DNA of 38,241 bases from a virus (lineage: Duplodnaviria; Caudoviricetes). Below the pieces are notes generated by a model, which saw nothing but the letters and a program-made list of their open reading frames with translations, did not search any database and was not told the DNA's origin. This document shows positions 26,301 to 36,972 of the stretch, piece by piece. The stretch lies in IMG/VR virus record IMGVR_UViG_3300038988_000339, positions 1 to 38,241 of that record; one strand, written 5' to 3'. The position numbers were made by a program, and so were the translations under genes. Numbering within the stretch: position 1 is the stretch's first letter; every line of letters begins with the position of its first letter.

Positions 26301-29300
26301 ATAAAGTATTTAAGCTCTTGACCAGCTATAGAATTTTTCTTTACTTTAGAAATACTTAAAATATCTTCTATAATCTTCTTTAAAGTAGGGTCTTCAAAAG
26401 GAAATATATCTTTCCAAAGATTATAACCTATTGATATAGAATATATAATTTTTGTGTTTTGAGATGTAGTAGGTTTAGCATAATATTCTTCACCTGTAAA
26501 TTCATCTTGAGCTAAAAATATATAACCTTCATTTATAAGATTTTTTATTCTTTCTTCATATTTATCTTGTAGATATTGATTTGCACTTCCTGGTTTACTT
26601 ACAACAGCTAATTCTCCAAATAATTTATCAATATTTTCTATATCAAGTGATTTTTTACCTGATAAAAATTCAATTAAAGCATCTTTCTTATCAATAGTAT
26701 TAAAAAATGATATACCTAACCCATCTTTCTCAATATTTAAAAGATTCATAGCATTGTTTAAATCTTGAACTACTGAATTAAGTTGAATAAATTTTTGATA
26801 TATAGCCCATTGTATTTCATTATCTGTTAAAGTAATGTTATCAAGTAAAGTTTGTCCTGTTAATTTTTGTGATACTTCATCATAATTTTCCATAAAATCT
26901 GTATTCTCTATAAAATTAACATTATCTCCAAACTCTTTTTTTAAAGTTTCTGTAATCTTTTTATTAGCATCAAGATCAAAACTTGTGAACATAGAATCTT
27001 TTTGTTCCATTAATTCAACATATCTTTTTATAATCGGTTGTGATATAAAAAGAGATGGTAAATGGACTTCTGTACCATCAGAAAGAGTATCTGTGTCAAA
27101 ACCTAAATTACAGAGTAATGCAAAAACATTAATAGTATATTTATTTTCATTACGTTTACCCATTATTTGCAATTTCTGGTTATCAGTACTACAGTTTTGA
27201 TTTTCCATATTTACTGTAGCTATAGACCTTTTACCATCAAGAGTAAGAAATTCTCCTTTATCATTAGCTTTTCCAAGATAACCTTCAGATGTATATCTAC
27301 CTATTGTCATATCTAAATATACAGGTACATCTCTACCTTCATCATCTTTAATATAATGAGATATAATTCTTATAGGTTCATCTTGTTGTTGTAGTAGTGA
27401 ATTAAACACAACCCATTTTGAATGTACACCAATACCTAATTTCCCAGAAGCACCTAATCTTAAAGCTTCTTTTTGTGAAATATCATCTAAAATACTATAA
27501 TTGTATCTATTATTAACACTGTTATTTGCAGCTTCTATTAAGTTAGCTGTACTATTTGCAAAATCTGTTGTAAGAGTTGCATTAATTTTCTTTTGAGTTT
27601 CTTTATCTTGTGTTGAATAAACTGATTTATAAAGAGCTATCATATTGTTTTCTAATACTTTTTGTTTTAATTTGTCTATAGCTCTTTCTGTAACAAAATT
27701 GGAAAAAATTTCTAATTTACTATTATTTAAGTTATCCTTTAAAGTTTCAAGTTGATTAGCTAACTCTATTTTAAGTTCTTTTTGTTGTTGTTTAATAGAA
27801 TTGTCAGATAATAAAGAATTTTCAAGAAATTCTATTTCTTGTTCAAGTTCTTTCTCTTTTTCTAACAAGGTTTCATCAAAAAAGATTCTATTACCTTGTT
27901 TAATTACTCTTTGTTTTTGAATAGCTTCTAATTCAATTTTTGCAAAAAGAAGGGTGTATAATGTTTCTTTATTATCTCTCCATATACTGTCAATAAATTG
28001 ATTTGTTTCTTCCTTTATTCTTTTTTTCTCGATATTATATTGTTTGTATAATTCATTAAGTCTATCTGTAGAAGATTGTGGTATATCATTTTCATTTAAT
28101 TTTCTAATTTTCTTTACACCATCTTCTGTAACTTCAGTTATATATTGTTTATAATAATATCTAACATCTATATCAAAATCTTCACCTATTTGAGTAACAT
28201 GATCCTTAGGTACTATCATTAAATCTCCTGAAGCATGTGGTAAAAATCCAACTACTTCAATAATAGCCCCAGATTGATGTGAAGATGTAGGAATACGAAA
28301 AGAAAAGAAAGTTAGAATTTCTTTATCAACTCTATCAGTGTCAAGTATAACTTTACCATCTACAGTTTTAGTATATTCATGTAAATCAATTAATTCATCT
28401 TTATACTGAGTTTTACCATTATCATCTATATAAGCTACTTTTCTTCTAAATTTAGAAGGTAAAAGAACTTGTGCAGATTTTAATTTGCCATCTGCATAAT
28501 GTGTTGCTTTTAAACTTCCATCAAAACTATCTGTAAAAATTATATCTCCTTTATCTTTTTCGGATAATTGAGAAAAATCCTTTAATTTAAAACCCTCTTC
28601 AGAACCAACAGGAGAGCTTGAACCTGAAATTTCTAACTTTATAAATCTATTATTTATAATAGAATTTATTACAGATTCAAATTTCTGAGAATTAGGACTA
28701 ATCCATAAAGGTATTTCAAACTCTGCACCTATAGGAGTAAGATTTTCTTTTATCATGGTTTCTCTATTAACAAATCTTACTCTACCATTTTTATCTAAAG
28801 TTTTTATCTTTAGTTTTATTATTTCTCTATCTTGATAATTACTCATTCTACTGTTTAACAGTCTTTGTATTTTATCAAGAGTTTCATAAGAATTATACCA
28901 TTCTGAATTATCAGGATTAATATTTAATTCATCAAAAAGCTCTCTTTTAAATGATTCTTGTTCTAAAATAGCAATATGATTATATATTTTATAAAGCTCT
29001 TTACCAGAAAGTAGTTTCTTAGAAGAATCTATACCAACAGCTTCTAACAAAGATTTATCAAACATATTTGGAAATACATCATTTTTTATTTTATTAATAC
29101 CATTTCCAAATAATATTTTATCTATCTGAGTACCTCTATTATTTTTATCATCTTTACCTTGTTCAATATTTTTATCTAATTTATAAGGTTTATCTTGTTG
29201 TATAGAAAAATTTTCTCTATCAAGAATAATAGAACTTGATTCTAATTTATATTTTATGTTATCATAATCATCATATAAATCTTCAATATCAATACAATTC

Positions 29301-32300
29301 TTTACACCCCCTACTTTTATACCTGATTTATAAGTAACTCTAACATTAAGACCTTTATTTTCTTCAACCTTTTCTATATTTTTTCTTATATTATCTATTT
29401 TAAAACCTTTTGTCATTTCAGGTATTAAAGGGAATGAAGAAGTTTTAATATATACATATCTTTGTCTTGTATATTCACCTCTTGACTCAAAATAAAGTCC
29501 ACTATGTAAAGGTTTAATAGGTTGAAAAACAGCTTTCTTTTCATCGTGGGATAATCTATTATTTTTATTTACTCCATCATTACTTTGACTTTCAAGCTTC
29601 TTTTTTATACTATCATATTCTTTATCACTTAATCGTCCTTGATAATAAAGAATATCTAAATGTTCTTTCCATGTTGTAAATTCTTGACCATCAGTAGAAG
29701 TTATATTCAGATAATCTTTTATCTTGGAAAATTTTTTACCAATTATTTTGTTTAATTCTTTATATCTATCTTTTTTCTGTTTTAAAGACTCCTTTGATAA
29801 AGATTTACTTTCAATATTATCTTCAATCTCTTTTGATAAATCTTTAAATTCTTTAATTAAAGATTTATTTTCTTCTTTTTTATAATCTTCTGGATACCAT
29901 AAATTTATTAAAGAATCTATACTTTCTGATGCAGTTTCTTTATCATTAACAACAATCTGTATATATTTTTTACCTTTACTTTCTGCAATTCTATTACCTG
30001 GTGAAAGTAATTCTTTTAATCTTTTATATAAATTTGTACCTGTAAGTTTAAAATACTGATTATATAAAGATTTTCTTTCTTTTTCAGTTTTAGTACTCAT
30101 TATATAGAAAAATATATCAGCATCAGTTACACTTTTGTCTGTAACATTTTTATCTTCTAATTTGATTTTAGTTAAGGTATCCTTAGCATTATTCCAAGTG
30201 TCCTTATCAAAAAGTTTAGAAGGTTTTTCTGTATAATTATTCATATCACCAGAAAAAACCATCTGAATTTGAGCTTGATTTATTATATGGTTAATTATAA
30301 AATCTGCTGTAGCTGTTGTTACCTGTCTTTCTACATTATTAGTATCTGATTTTTCTTTCAAGAAATCTTTATCAATTCTTACTTCTTTTATTTTATTGTT
30401 TTCAACAGTTATAATACCCTCTTTAACAAAAGAACCTTCTATTGTTCCATCTGATTTTACATTAAATTTAGATTTTAAGTTTTCTAATATCATATCTTGA
30501 AGTAAATTCTTAATACTTATCATAATATCATCAGAAATTATATTTTCTAATGTCATATTCATATTAGCAAACTTTCTTATAAGTGTAATAAGTTCTATAC
30601 CATCGACTTTCAAGGTGTTTAAACTATGTACTATAGTAAATAATTCAGAACCTAAATTTTGAAAATCAACATCATCTTCAACTAAACCTAAATTTTTAGC
30701 TTGTATATATTCAACTATCCTTTTTAAATCTGGTAATACAAGTTGTTCATATAACACTTGCAATAATCTGTCACTTAATTTTATATTACCTTCAATATCA
30801 AAAATATCTGTATCTTTAATATCATATTTAACAGTATCTAAATAAAATAGCTGAGAAGAATCTGATAAAGGTGGAAATACTAATTTACCTTCAACAAGGC
30901 TTATACCATTATCACTCATTTCTTTATCTGTTGCATCTTTAATAGGATTTGTTTTTTTACTATTAAAAGCTATAATAGTTACATCAAAATCACTTCCTGG
31001 AAGTTCTGTAATACCAGCTTTATCAGAATTTTTTGTTGCTTTTCTATTTTTTAAAGCTTGTAAACTAACATACCCAATACCAAATTTATTTTTTTTAAAC
31101 TTTGGACTGTTTTTTAATACTCTTAATAAAATACTATTAGCAGAAAAAGACGTTTTTATTAAATTATCTATCATTACATTATCAGAATCTAATAATTTTC
31201 TAACCTGTTCAGATGCAGCATTAGGTTGAGAATAAGGCATAACATTTTTACCTGCAATTCTTTGAACAACTTCATTTTTAGTATTATTCTCAACTTCTAT
31301 TGCAGCAAGAGTTCCCATGTAACCATCAATACCTTTTCTTACTATAGAGTTTTTATCAAACCTATTTTGTTTAATAGGTTCATTTTTACCTAAACTATTT
31401 TTTTGCTCATTATAAATCTCTTTAATATTATCATACAATTTTTTAAACAAGGCTTTTTCAAAAAAGTTTTCAAAATCAATGTTACCATTAAGCTCTTTAT
31501 TTTTTAAATCTTCTATAGTTTTTTCTGTAACATGAATACCAAAATTAGATAACCATTCAACTATTTCCTTTATTTCTAAATTTTCATAATTAGTATCTTT
31601 ATGTAATCTTATCCATCTCTCAAAAGTATTTATAACTTCTTCAGACTTCTTCATGTTTAATATATAGTTTTCACCTGTTCTTTTTACTACACTACTATTT
31701 TTAAAGTTTTCAAAAAAACCTCTTTTAGTACTTCCAACAGGGTCTTTAGCATTAGCATTTGCAGTAGTAAAAGAATAACCATTACCTATATTATCATACA
31801 TAATAAAGAACATGGTATTCTTTGTTTGATTTAATTTGTACAAAATTTCGTTTTGTAATTGTTTATCTGCATTGTTAAATCTTTCTTTTACACTATTTAA
31901 AAACTCAAAATTTTTTGGATTTCTTTTTAATTTCTTATCTAAAGCTTTAAGAAAATCTTCTACAGAATTTGGTATATCAGATAATATATCTTGTACAGTG
32001 TTGAAAACTTCGTCAATTTCATAGTAATCATCAAGTCCTGCAAATTCATCCAAAGTGGATTTATTTTTTTCCTTAGGTATAGCAGCAAACATTCTTTTTA
32101 ATCTCGATGATAAACCATTTTTTACATTATATTCAAATCCAGCAGAGTCATATTTTTTAATAATATTAGAATCATTGTCAATTTCTGAATCAGAAACATT
32201 TTCATAATTATCAATATCACTATCATCTATTTCTTTATCAATATATAATTCAATTTTTTCTTTAAGAGTATTATGATTTCCAGAAAATTTACCTCTTCCT

Positions 32301-35300
32301 AAAATCTCATCTCTTACATCTTTTCTTGATAAATATTCAAATTCAGCTTTTCTTTTAGGGTCTTTTGATAATGTATCAAGTAAATTCTTATAAGAATTTG
32401 TTAATTCTCTTATAATATCACCGTAAGATATTTCATTATTACCTAAGTTTTTTAAAACTTGAGCAAAAAGATAATTTACAACTCTCTGTCTTTGACCATT
32501 ATTTATAGATTCTATTGGTTTATAAGTATTATCACCTGAAGTTTCTCCTGTATTACCATTATTATCTTCATTATTACCACTAGCTTCTTTTTCACCTTTC
32601 TGTTCTTTTTCTTTATCTTCTATTACAACTTCTTTATTAACTAAGTCAAATTCTATTATAGGTTGATAATGTGCTATAGATATTTTTTTACCAGTTTTAA
32701 TATCTACAATTTGATAATATTTTTGTTGAGTAGTAAGATTATCTCTTAATTCTTTTAAATAATTTACAGAGGTTACTTCATAAGTACCATCTTGATTTCT
32801 TTTTATAATGGGTAATACACTCAAGTTACTACTTATGCTAATTTCCATACGAAATTCCTGTTTTTCCTTAAGTACAGGATTACCTTTAGAATCAATAGCA
32901 TTTTTCTTATAGCTATAAGGATGTCCTGGATACATGTTAGATATAAGAGAAAAACCTCTATTTAATCCAGATTCAGCTATATCTATCTCATTATTTGTAA
33001 GTTTAAGAATTTCTGTTCTTATTTTATTATATTCCTTTAATAAACTTTTTTCAGCTTCAGTTAAAGTAGAACCAGAAGCAGATTTTTGAAAAAGTTTTTT
33101 GGCATTTTCAATTATTGTAACAGTTTGAGCTAATTCTTTATATCTTTCTTGAGATTTACTATCATTAGTAGTAATAGCTCTTATAACATATATAGGTTTA
33201 CCATTTTTTACATTACTTTGAATAAGATTTATAGTTGAACCTTCACCTAATTCTTCAAAATGCTTATAATTTTCAATTTGATTTCTTTCAAGTATAGTAA
33301 CAGTACCATCTTCATTTTTTACATATAAATTTCTATCTTTTTTACAACCTAATATAGCATTAGGTTGTTCCTGTGATAAACTTCTCTTTGGGTTGTTATT
33401 TCCTTGAGCATCTTTTCTATCAAAAGCTCTTGACCTGTTAGATATTCTATTAGTAACAACCATCTTGTTGTTACCATTTAGAATCTGTAATCTTAAATGT
33501 AATATTTTTTGTTTTTTTAAGAAGTCTTTTTGTTTTGAAGTCGAAGCATCTTTTATAGAATTTCTATTTTTTTCATCATACCATTCAACATCATGTATTC
33601 CTATACCAACCTTATTTCCACTATACCACATATACAATGGAACTTTTCCTGCCCAAGTCTCATATTGTTCTTTAGACCACTCTGAAGGATTCTTTTCTAT
33701 GTCTTCCTTTGTGAATAAATGTTTTCCACTACTATCTTTTACAGATAACATCCACTCACGCATAGTACCTATTTTATAAAATCTTATTTTATCTTCATTT
33801 TCATACCATATATTTACTTCTTGATCTCTCCAATTTTCTTCAGGATAACGTATTTCAAAAGTTTCACCTTCAACTAATAAGTTGGGATTTAAAAGAATGT
33901 TTAAATCTGATTTAGTTTTTTCATTAAGTTGTTCTGTATTAGTATCTACATATTCAATCTTACCTGTAAGTTTATTATAAAAAGGTACAGACTCTAATCC
34001 AGAAAAAGGTATAGTTACCTCTACATTATCTAAATTTTCTTTATTATTATTTGTATTTTCATCAGTACCATAATCTTCAGCTTCTTTAGAATTAATTTTA
34101 TCTTCAGCTGATTTTCTTAATTTTTCCTCAACATTTTGATTATTTTCAATATTTTGTTCGGATTTAACACCTTCAGCTTTTTTCTTTTTTTCATATTCTT
34201 TATCAGTAAGGTCTAATAACTCATCCACATCAACTTCCTCAAAATTATCCTCATAATATTTTTCTGGATCAATATCAAATTGTTCATTATTATTTTTCCA
34301 AGCTTTTACAATATAATCATAAGCTATTTCTGCACTTTCTTTATTATGATTTGTAAATTTATCAGCAAATTCTTTAAATGAAGGTTTTTTAGATTGTCTT
34401 TTAGCTTTTTCGATTTCTTTCTTAGCAGCATCAGAAAATCTGTCCTCTATACTTTTATTATCTGTATTTATTCTACCAACACCAGGATAATCAAGAGGAT
34501 TAAATGGTTCTGAAGTTTCTCTTGGTTTTTCATTTTGTGAATCTACATAATCAAGTAATTCATTGATAGCTTGTTTTTCTAATTCATCTTCTTTACTAAT
34601 ATTTTCATCTGGTTTTTTATTAATTATTTCATCTTTTTCATTATCAATTATATCTTTACTATTAAGGGTTTCTTTATTTTGCTTTCTAAATAAACTTCTT
34701 TTCTTTTCACTTTTTTTATCTTCAGTTTCTACTTTTACTTTTTTAAGGGCTTTTTCTTCTGCTTTTATTTCTTGTATTCTTGAATTAATTTTATTATCTA
34801 ATTCATCAGTAAGAAGATTAAATCTTTTTAAATCACTTCTCTTATTTTCGAGAATATTTATATTCTTTATTTTATCAATATTTTTTGTAGATTCTATAAT
34901 CTCTTTCTTTCTTTCTTCTACCTGACCTTTAGTATCAGAAAGCTTTGATATATCTCTATTTAAATCAGTAAGTGCTTTTTCAAGTTGAATTTTTGTATTA
35001 TCATAAAATTCGAGTTGTTGAATTTGACTTTCATAAGTTTTAATCTTTTGTTCATCTTCTTCACTTAAGTTATTAGGATCAAATGTTTCTGTTTTCATTG
35101 ATTCTAATTGCTTTTCCAACTCTTTCTTTCTTTGTTTTTGAGAATCATTTAACTTAGTAGTCCTCATTAAAGAATACAATTCTGACTGAGCTTTAAGATA
35201 TTCTTTAAGTTCAGGACTTGCATCCTCAAAAGATTTTAATAAAAATTCTTCTCTTGCAGCTTTTAATCTATTTAATTCTGATAAATTGTTTTCTTTTATA

Positions 35301-36964
35301 AACTCTTTTTCTGTAAGTCTTTCTCCAAAATTATAATCAATAGAATTACCTACATTTTTTATAAGCTTTTCTTTAATATCTAAAGATTGTTGTATTAAAT
35401 TTTCATAGTTGTCAGCTATAAATTCAATGTCTTGTTGTTCAGTAATATTATATTTTTTAAGAGTTTCTAAATCATTATTTTTTGCAGCTTCTAATATTAT
35501 CTGCATTTGAGCAATTCTATCATTAAATATATGTGTATCATCAGAACCTTTTATTTTATCCCACCTCAAGGCTTCTATTGTTTGAGATGTATTCATAGCT
35601 TTTCTTGCAAGATTTAATTTAACAGGATTATCTGTTTTAATAGCATCTCTAAGCTCATTAAGTTCATCAAAAGTCTTTTTAATTCCAGATTTTAATAAAC
35701 TATTATACTCTTCTTCAAATTTTTTATTAAATTTATTATTTTGAAATTTACCAACTAATTTACTAATTCCTCCACCTATAAATGGTAAAAGTAATCCACC
35801 TAAAGCTCCACCTATAGCTTCATCAGCTATTTGATCATTGAAAATATATTCTGACAATGTTCTACCATTAGTAAAAGACATTAAATTACCTTCACTATCT
35901 CTTAACTTCATTTCATCCATCTTTTTATCAGACAGATATTTTCCATAACTTGCTATACCTGACTGATAAGCTTCTTCAAAAGCCTCAGAGCCAGATTGTA
36001 TAACCTTATCTGCTATCCACGCACCTTTTTTACCTAATTTAGGTACAAGTTTGGAAGCAAGACTTTCTACAGCATCAGATACTCCATGAACACCATTTAG
36101 TTTTTTATATGGACTAAAAGTGCCTAAAGCTCCATATTGAAGACCATTAATTAATGCAACTGGTAGTGCTTCTACTCTAAAAGCTTTAGTTGCTGCTTCA
36201 TTTGATAATTTTATTGCTGTATCTTCTGATACACCTCTTCTTATATATTCTTCATACTGTTCATTTGCAGTAAATAAAGCATTCATATGAGCTTCTCTTA
36301 TACCAGACCAAGCACCATTTAAAGCATTTCTTAATTTTGACATAGAAGCTATATTCTTAAGTGTTTTACCCATTCTCAAAGCTGCAACACCTTCCGATCC
36401 ACCTAAAGTAGCACCTGCTAATAATTGTAACAAAGCTTGTTTACCTATAGTTTCTAACATTATTCCAGTACTAAGACCAAGACTTTGAAGTTGTCCTCCC
36501 CAATAAGCCCAACTACCTTTACCTCTGTAACCTCTTTCATTTAAAATTGCATCGTTTATACCAGATTCTTTAAGAATCTTCATAGCTTCTCTTGAAAACC
36601 AATTAGTATAATCTGAAGTGTAATTACCTTCAAACATATCTAATTGAGATTTTAAATCCCAACCAGATATTTGACTTAAGATTCCTGCTAAGGCTTGTTT
36701 CCCAAAACCTTTTACTGTTTTCAAAAATATATCTCCAGCACTTTGATCAGAAAAAGCTTTATCATAAGCTTGCTCATAGGTATTAACAAAAGGATTATAG
36801 GGACTTTCTTTTTCAAGATTTTCATCAACAGGTAGTCCATAACCACTTGGTCTTAATACATAAGGACTTTCACCTTTTTGTTTTCTTTCAGTTAAATATT
36901 TAATATTAGCTTCATTAGCTTCTTTTTCACTAAAATATGCTTTCTTTTTAAGTTCTTCAGCCAT
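23369..36964 (-). CDS. Virion-associated multidomain RNA polymerase (crAss type, two-barrel), 4531 aa
   Basis: Catalytic GEDFDID (DFDID at 28166-28180, aa 2929-2933), FRIPTSSHQS, STDGQ, QPIKP, YIKTSSFPLIP; C-terminal zincin-like (EEYIH) and ASCH-like domains. Confidence 0.92.
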   Translation of the reverse strand: MAEELKKKAYFSEKEANEANIKYLTERKQKGESPYVLRPSGYGLPVDENLEKESPYNPFVNTYEQAYDKAFSDQSAGDIFLKTVKGFGKQALAGILSQISGWDLKSQLDMFEGNYTSDYTNWFSREAMKILKESGINDAILNERGYRGKGSWAYWGGQLQSLGLSTGIMLETIGKQALLQLLAGATLGGSEGVAALRMGKTLKNIASMSKLRNALNGAWSGIREAHMNALFTANEQYEEYIRRGVSEDTAIKLSNEAATKAFRVEALPVALINGLQYGALGTFSPYKKLNGVHGVSDAVESLASKLVPKLGKKGAWIADKVIQSGSEAFEEAYQSGIASYGKYLSDKKMDEMKLRDSEGNLMSFTNGRTLSEYIFNDQIADEAIGGALGGLLLPFIGGGISKLVGKFQNNKFNKKFEEEYNSLLKSGIKKTFDELNELRDAIKTDNPVKLNLARKAMNTSQTIEALRWDKIKGSDDTHIFNDRIAQMQIILEAAKNNDLETLKKYNITEQQDIEFIADNYENLIQQSLDIKEKLIKNVGNSIDYNFGERLTEKEFIKENNLSELNRLKAAREEFLLKSFEDASPELKEYLKAQSELYSLMRTTKLNDSQKQRKKELEKQLESMKTETFDPNNLSEEDEQKIKTYESQIQQLEFYDNTKIQLEKALTDLNRDISKLSDTKGQVEERKKEIIESTKNIDKIKNINILENKRSDLKRFNLLTDELDNKINSRIQEIKAEEKALKKVKVETEDKKSEKKRSLFRKQNKETLNSKDIIDNEKDEIINKKPDENISKEDELEKQAINELLDYVDSQNEKPRETSEPFNPLDYPGVGRINTDNKSIEDRFSDAAKKEIEKAKRQSKKPSFKEFADKFTNHNKESAEIAYDYIVKAWKNNNEQFDIDPEKYYEDNFEEVDVDELLDLTDKEYEKKKKAEGVKSEQNIENNQNVEEKLRKSAEDKINSKEAEDYGTDENTNNNKENLDNVEVTIPFSGLESVPFYNKLTGKIEYVDTNTEQLNEKTKSDLNILLNPNLLVEGETFEIRYPEENWRDQEVNIWYENEDKIRFYKIGTMREWMLSVKDSSGKHLFTKEDIEKNPSEWSKEQYETWAGKVPLYMWYSGNKVGIGIHDVEWYDEKNRNSIKDASTSKQKDFLKKQKILHLRLQILNGNNKMVVTNRISNRSRAFDRKDAQGNNNPKRSLSQEQPNAILGCKKDRNLYVKNEDGTVTILERNQIENYKHFEELGEGSTINLIQSNVKNGKPIYVIRAITTNDSKSQERYKELAQTVTIIENAKKLFQKSASGSTLTEAEKSLLKEYNKIRTEILKLTNNEIDIAESGLNRGFSLISNMYPGHPYSYKKNAIDSKGNPVLKEKQEFRMEISISSNLSVLPIIKRNQDGTYEVTSVNYLKELRDNLTTQQKYYQIVDIKTGKKISIAHYQPIIEFDLVNKEVVIEDKEKEQKGEKEASGNNEDNNGNTGETSGDNTYKPIESINNGQRQRVVNYLFAQVLKNLGNNEISYGDIIRELTNSYKNLLDTLSKDPKRKAEFEYLSRKDVRDEILGRGKFSGNHNTLKEKIELYIDKEIDDSDIDNYENVSDSEIDNDSNIIKKYDSAGFEYNVKNGLSSRLKRMFAAIPKEKNKSTLDEFAGLDDYYEIDEVFNTVQDILSDIPNSVEDFLKALDKKLKRNPKNFEFLNSVKERFNNADKQLQNEILYKLNQTKNTMFFIMYDNIGNGYSFTTANANAKDPVGSTKRGFFENFKNSSVVKRTGENYILNMKKSEEVINTFERWIRLHKDTNYENLEIKEIVEWLSNFGIHVTEKTIEDLKNKELNGNIDFENFFEKALFKKLYDNIKEIYNEQKNSLGKNEPIKQNRFDKNSIVRKGIDGYMGTLAAIEVENNTKNEVVQRIAGKNVMPYSQPNAASEQVRKLLDSDNVMIDNLIKTSFSANSILLRVLKNSPKFKKNKFGIGYVSLQALKNRKATKNSDKAGITELPGSDFDVTIIAFNSKKTNPIKDATDKEMSDNGISLVEGKLVFPPLSDSSQLFYLDTVKYDIKDTDIFDIEGNIKLSDRLLQVLYEQLVLPDLKRIVEYIQAKNLGLVEDDVDFQNLGSELFTIVHSLNTLKVDGIELITLIRKFANMNMTLENIISDDIMISIKNLLQDMILENLKSKFNVKSDGTIEGSFVKEGIITVENNKIKEVRIDKDFLKEKSDTNNVERQVTTATADFIINHIINQAQIQMVFSGDMNNYTEKPSKLFDKDTWNNAKDTLTKIKLEDKNVTDKSVTDADIFFYIMSTKTEKERKSLYNQYFKLTGTNLYKRLKELLSPGNRIAESKGKKYIQIVVNDKETASESIDSLINLWYPEDYKKEENKSLIKEFKDLSKEIEDNIESKSLSKESLKQKKDRYKELNKIIGKKFSKIKDYLNITSTDGQEFTTWKEHLDILYYQGRLSDKEYDSIKKKLESQSNDGVNKNNRLSHDEKKAVFQPIKPLHSGLYFESRGEYTRQRYVYIKTSSFPLIPEMTKGFKIDNIRKNIEKVEENKGLNVRVTYKSGIKVGGVKNCIDIEDLYDDYDNIKYKLESSSIILDRENFSIQQDKPYKLDKNIEQGKDDKNNRGTQIDKILFGNGINKIKNDVFPNMFDKSLLEAVGIDSSKKLLSGKELYKIYNHIAILEQESFKRELFDELNINPDNSEWYNSYETLDKIQRLLNSRMSNYQDREIIKLKIKTLDKNGRVRFVNRETMIKENLTPIGAEFEIPLWISPNSQKFESVINSIINNRFIKLEISGSSSPVGSEEGFKLKDFSQLSEKDKGDIIFTDSFDGSLKATHYADGKLKSAQVLLPSKFRRKVAYIDDNGKTQYKDELIDLHEYTKTVDGKVILDTDRVDKEILTFFSFRIPTSSHQSGAIIEVVGFLPHASGDLMIVPKDHVTQIGEDFDIDVRYYYKQYITEVTEDGVKKIRKLNENDIPQSSTDRLNELYKQYNIEKKRIKEETNQFIDSIWRDNKETLYTLLFAKIELEAIQKQRVIKQGNRIFFDETLLEKEKELEQEIEFLENSLLSDNSIKQQQKELKIELANQLETLKDNLNNSKLEIFSNFVTERAIDKLKQKVLENNMIALYKSVYSTQDKETQKKINATLTTDFANSTANLIEAANNSVNNRYNYSILDDISQKEALRLGASGKLGIGVHSKWVVFNSLLQQQDEPIRIISHYIKDDEGRDVPVYLDMTIGRYTSEGYLGKANDKGEFLTLDGKRSIATVNMENQNCSTDNQKLQIMGKRNENKYTINVFALLCNLGFDTDTLSDGTEVHLPSLFISQPIIKRYVELMEQKDSMFTSFDLDANKKITETLKKEFGDNVNFIENTDFMENYDEVSQKLTGQTLLDNITLTDNEIQWAIYQKFIQLNSVVQDLNNAMNLLNIEKDGLGISFFNTIDKKDALIEFLSGKKSLDIENIDKLFGELAVVSKPGSANQYLQDKYEERIKNLINEGYIFLAQDEFTGEEYYAKPTTSQNTKIIYSISIGYNLWKDIFPFEDPTLKKIIEDILSISKVKKNSIAGQELKYFILENMKDFLYSIENDKLFTKPIVEERKSLTIDDETTGNESLAHYLERLRNSKEGSFERNLMEQPFFKHLELIINNDSTTPSYIKYSTNSNSNINKNDAYIILESMLHSNQKLPSYNGNENYTVHDLLKDLVKYSLLANQERGAIGFRNYLPVSALKEFGVLDNLKKIATVKNNHYQMIFNGYFRAITSLLKTTYDNETNFIPNRKGSFTENELRLLDYYIKMFNNSMNDDILIRESNGIRVKTDMYAENNSIFIEQFYQHNPDKALKIPLKDKNKIINVADSNNIKEITKFIIKDENYNKDFLAIKNTDGSFMLFKNIGNLTFIRIPLLGSFGMNEYQSSKHVDKSIYDKNNFDDSKLDKSKPKVTPEVKEKTTSDIIKHLLSNSNNSELKVLLQELKEFDNNIKVIPIKGLNANKGLEGIFLKEKNIIYIDADIYFKMNTEQFEKVFLEEYIHSITSNVLGEWINFSGITFENGKVDVKITIKPEKQGLQRPYYIDKFIGLYKEGVKAYVDNLKNKEEGIKKLKELNDYFRNILEGKKTNTSITHTSDEQDAAYRLFSIDEFIAGIFVSPEFREIMNKTEYRGTGKSILQHFKDIVKRIINALTKNTVDNSITEHVIDNLFNMLNKKDIIKESGTVHNTIEEAQELLNIEAKEENVKLEKAMQDMALEVEEKNIKTGTIVKILDKEYKVINNENEDIKFVPLSQEEQSKRDFLKDLHREDFNDIFEQNPELANEVYEALGFGKESVANITPKANIPQNLVSGVESFGTKQEANSKAKELLGNNPHSIDMIEAGIRTRTTRSVGEMQKYNIKVGDIVKQFGKSADGTTKQILTRITAIHPKGSPEFLNTWEKEGWTAEGVEAIKRYKDGAAAIEFEIITSNQITPQQKATAQQPAEDSKMTEAKKADIKIGKVGNTEYEVKVDGVYYQGKKLDNPVGKPSFEILFSQGIIETQGFQLTLSEFNSMTKEEQENFKKCL
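23623..23660 (-). repeat. Downstream cassette-flank repeat, copy in the RNAP gene (QITPQQKATAQQ)
   Basis: 32/38 nt identical to 22671-22708. Confidence 0.85.
24079..24129 (-). repeat. Upstream cassette-flank repeat, copy in the RNAP gene (FEQNPELANEVYEALG)
   Basis: 43/51 nt identical to 23121-23171. Confidence 0.88.
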
Positions 36965-36972
36965 ATCTTTAT

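Noticed and set aside
16604-34925. Short + strand ORFs (and 19470..19661 on -) within the giant genes
   Set aside because: S/L/F/I-rich antisense or off-frame shadows of K/E/N/D-rich coding sequence.
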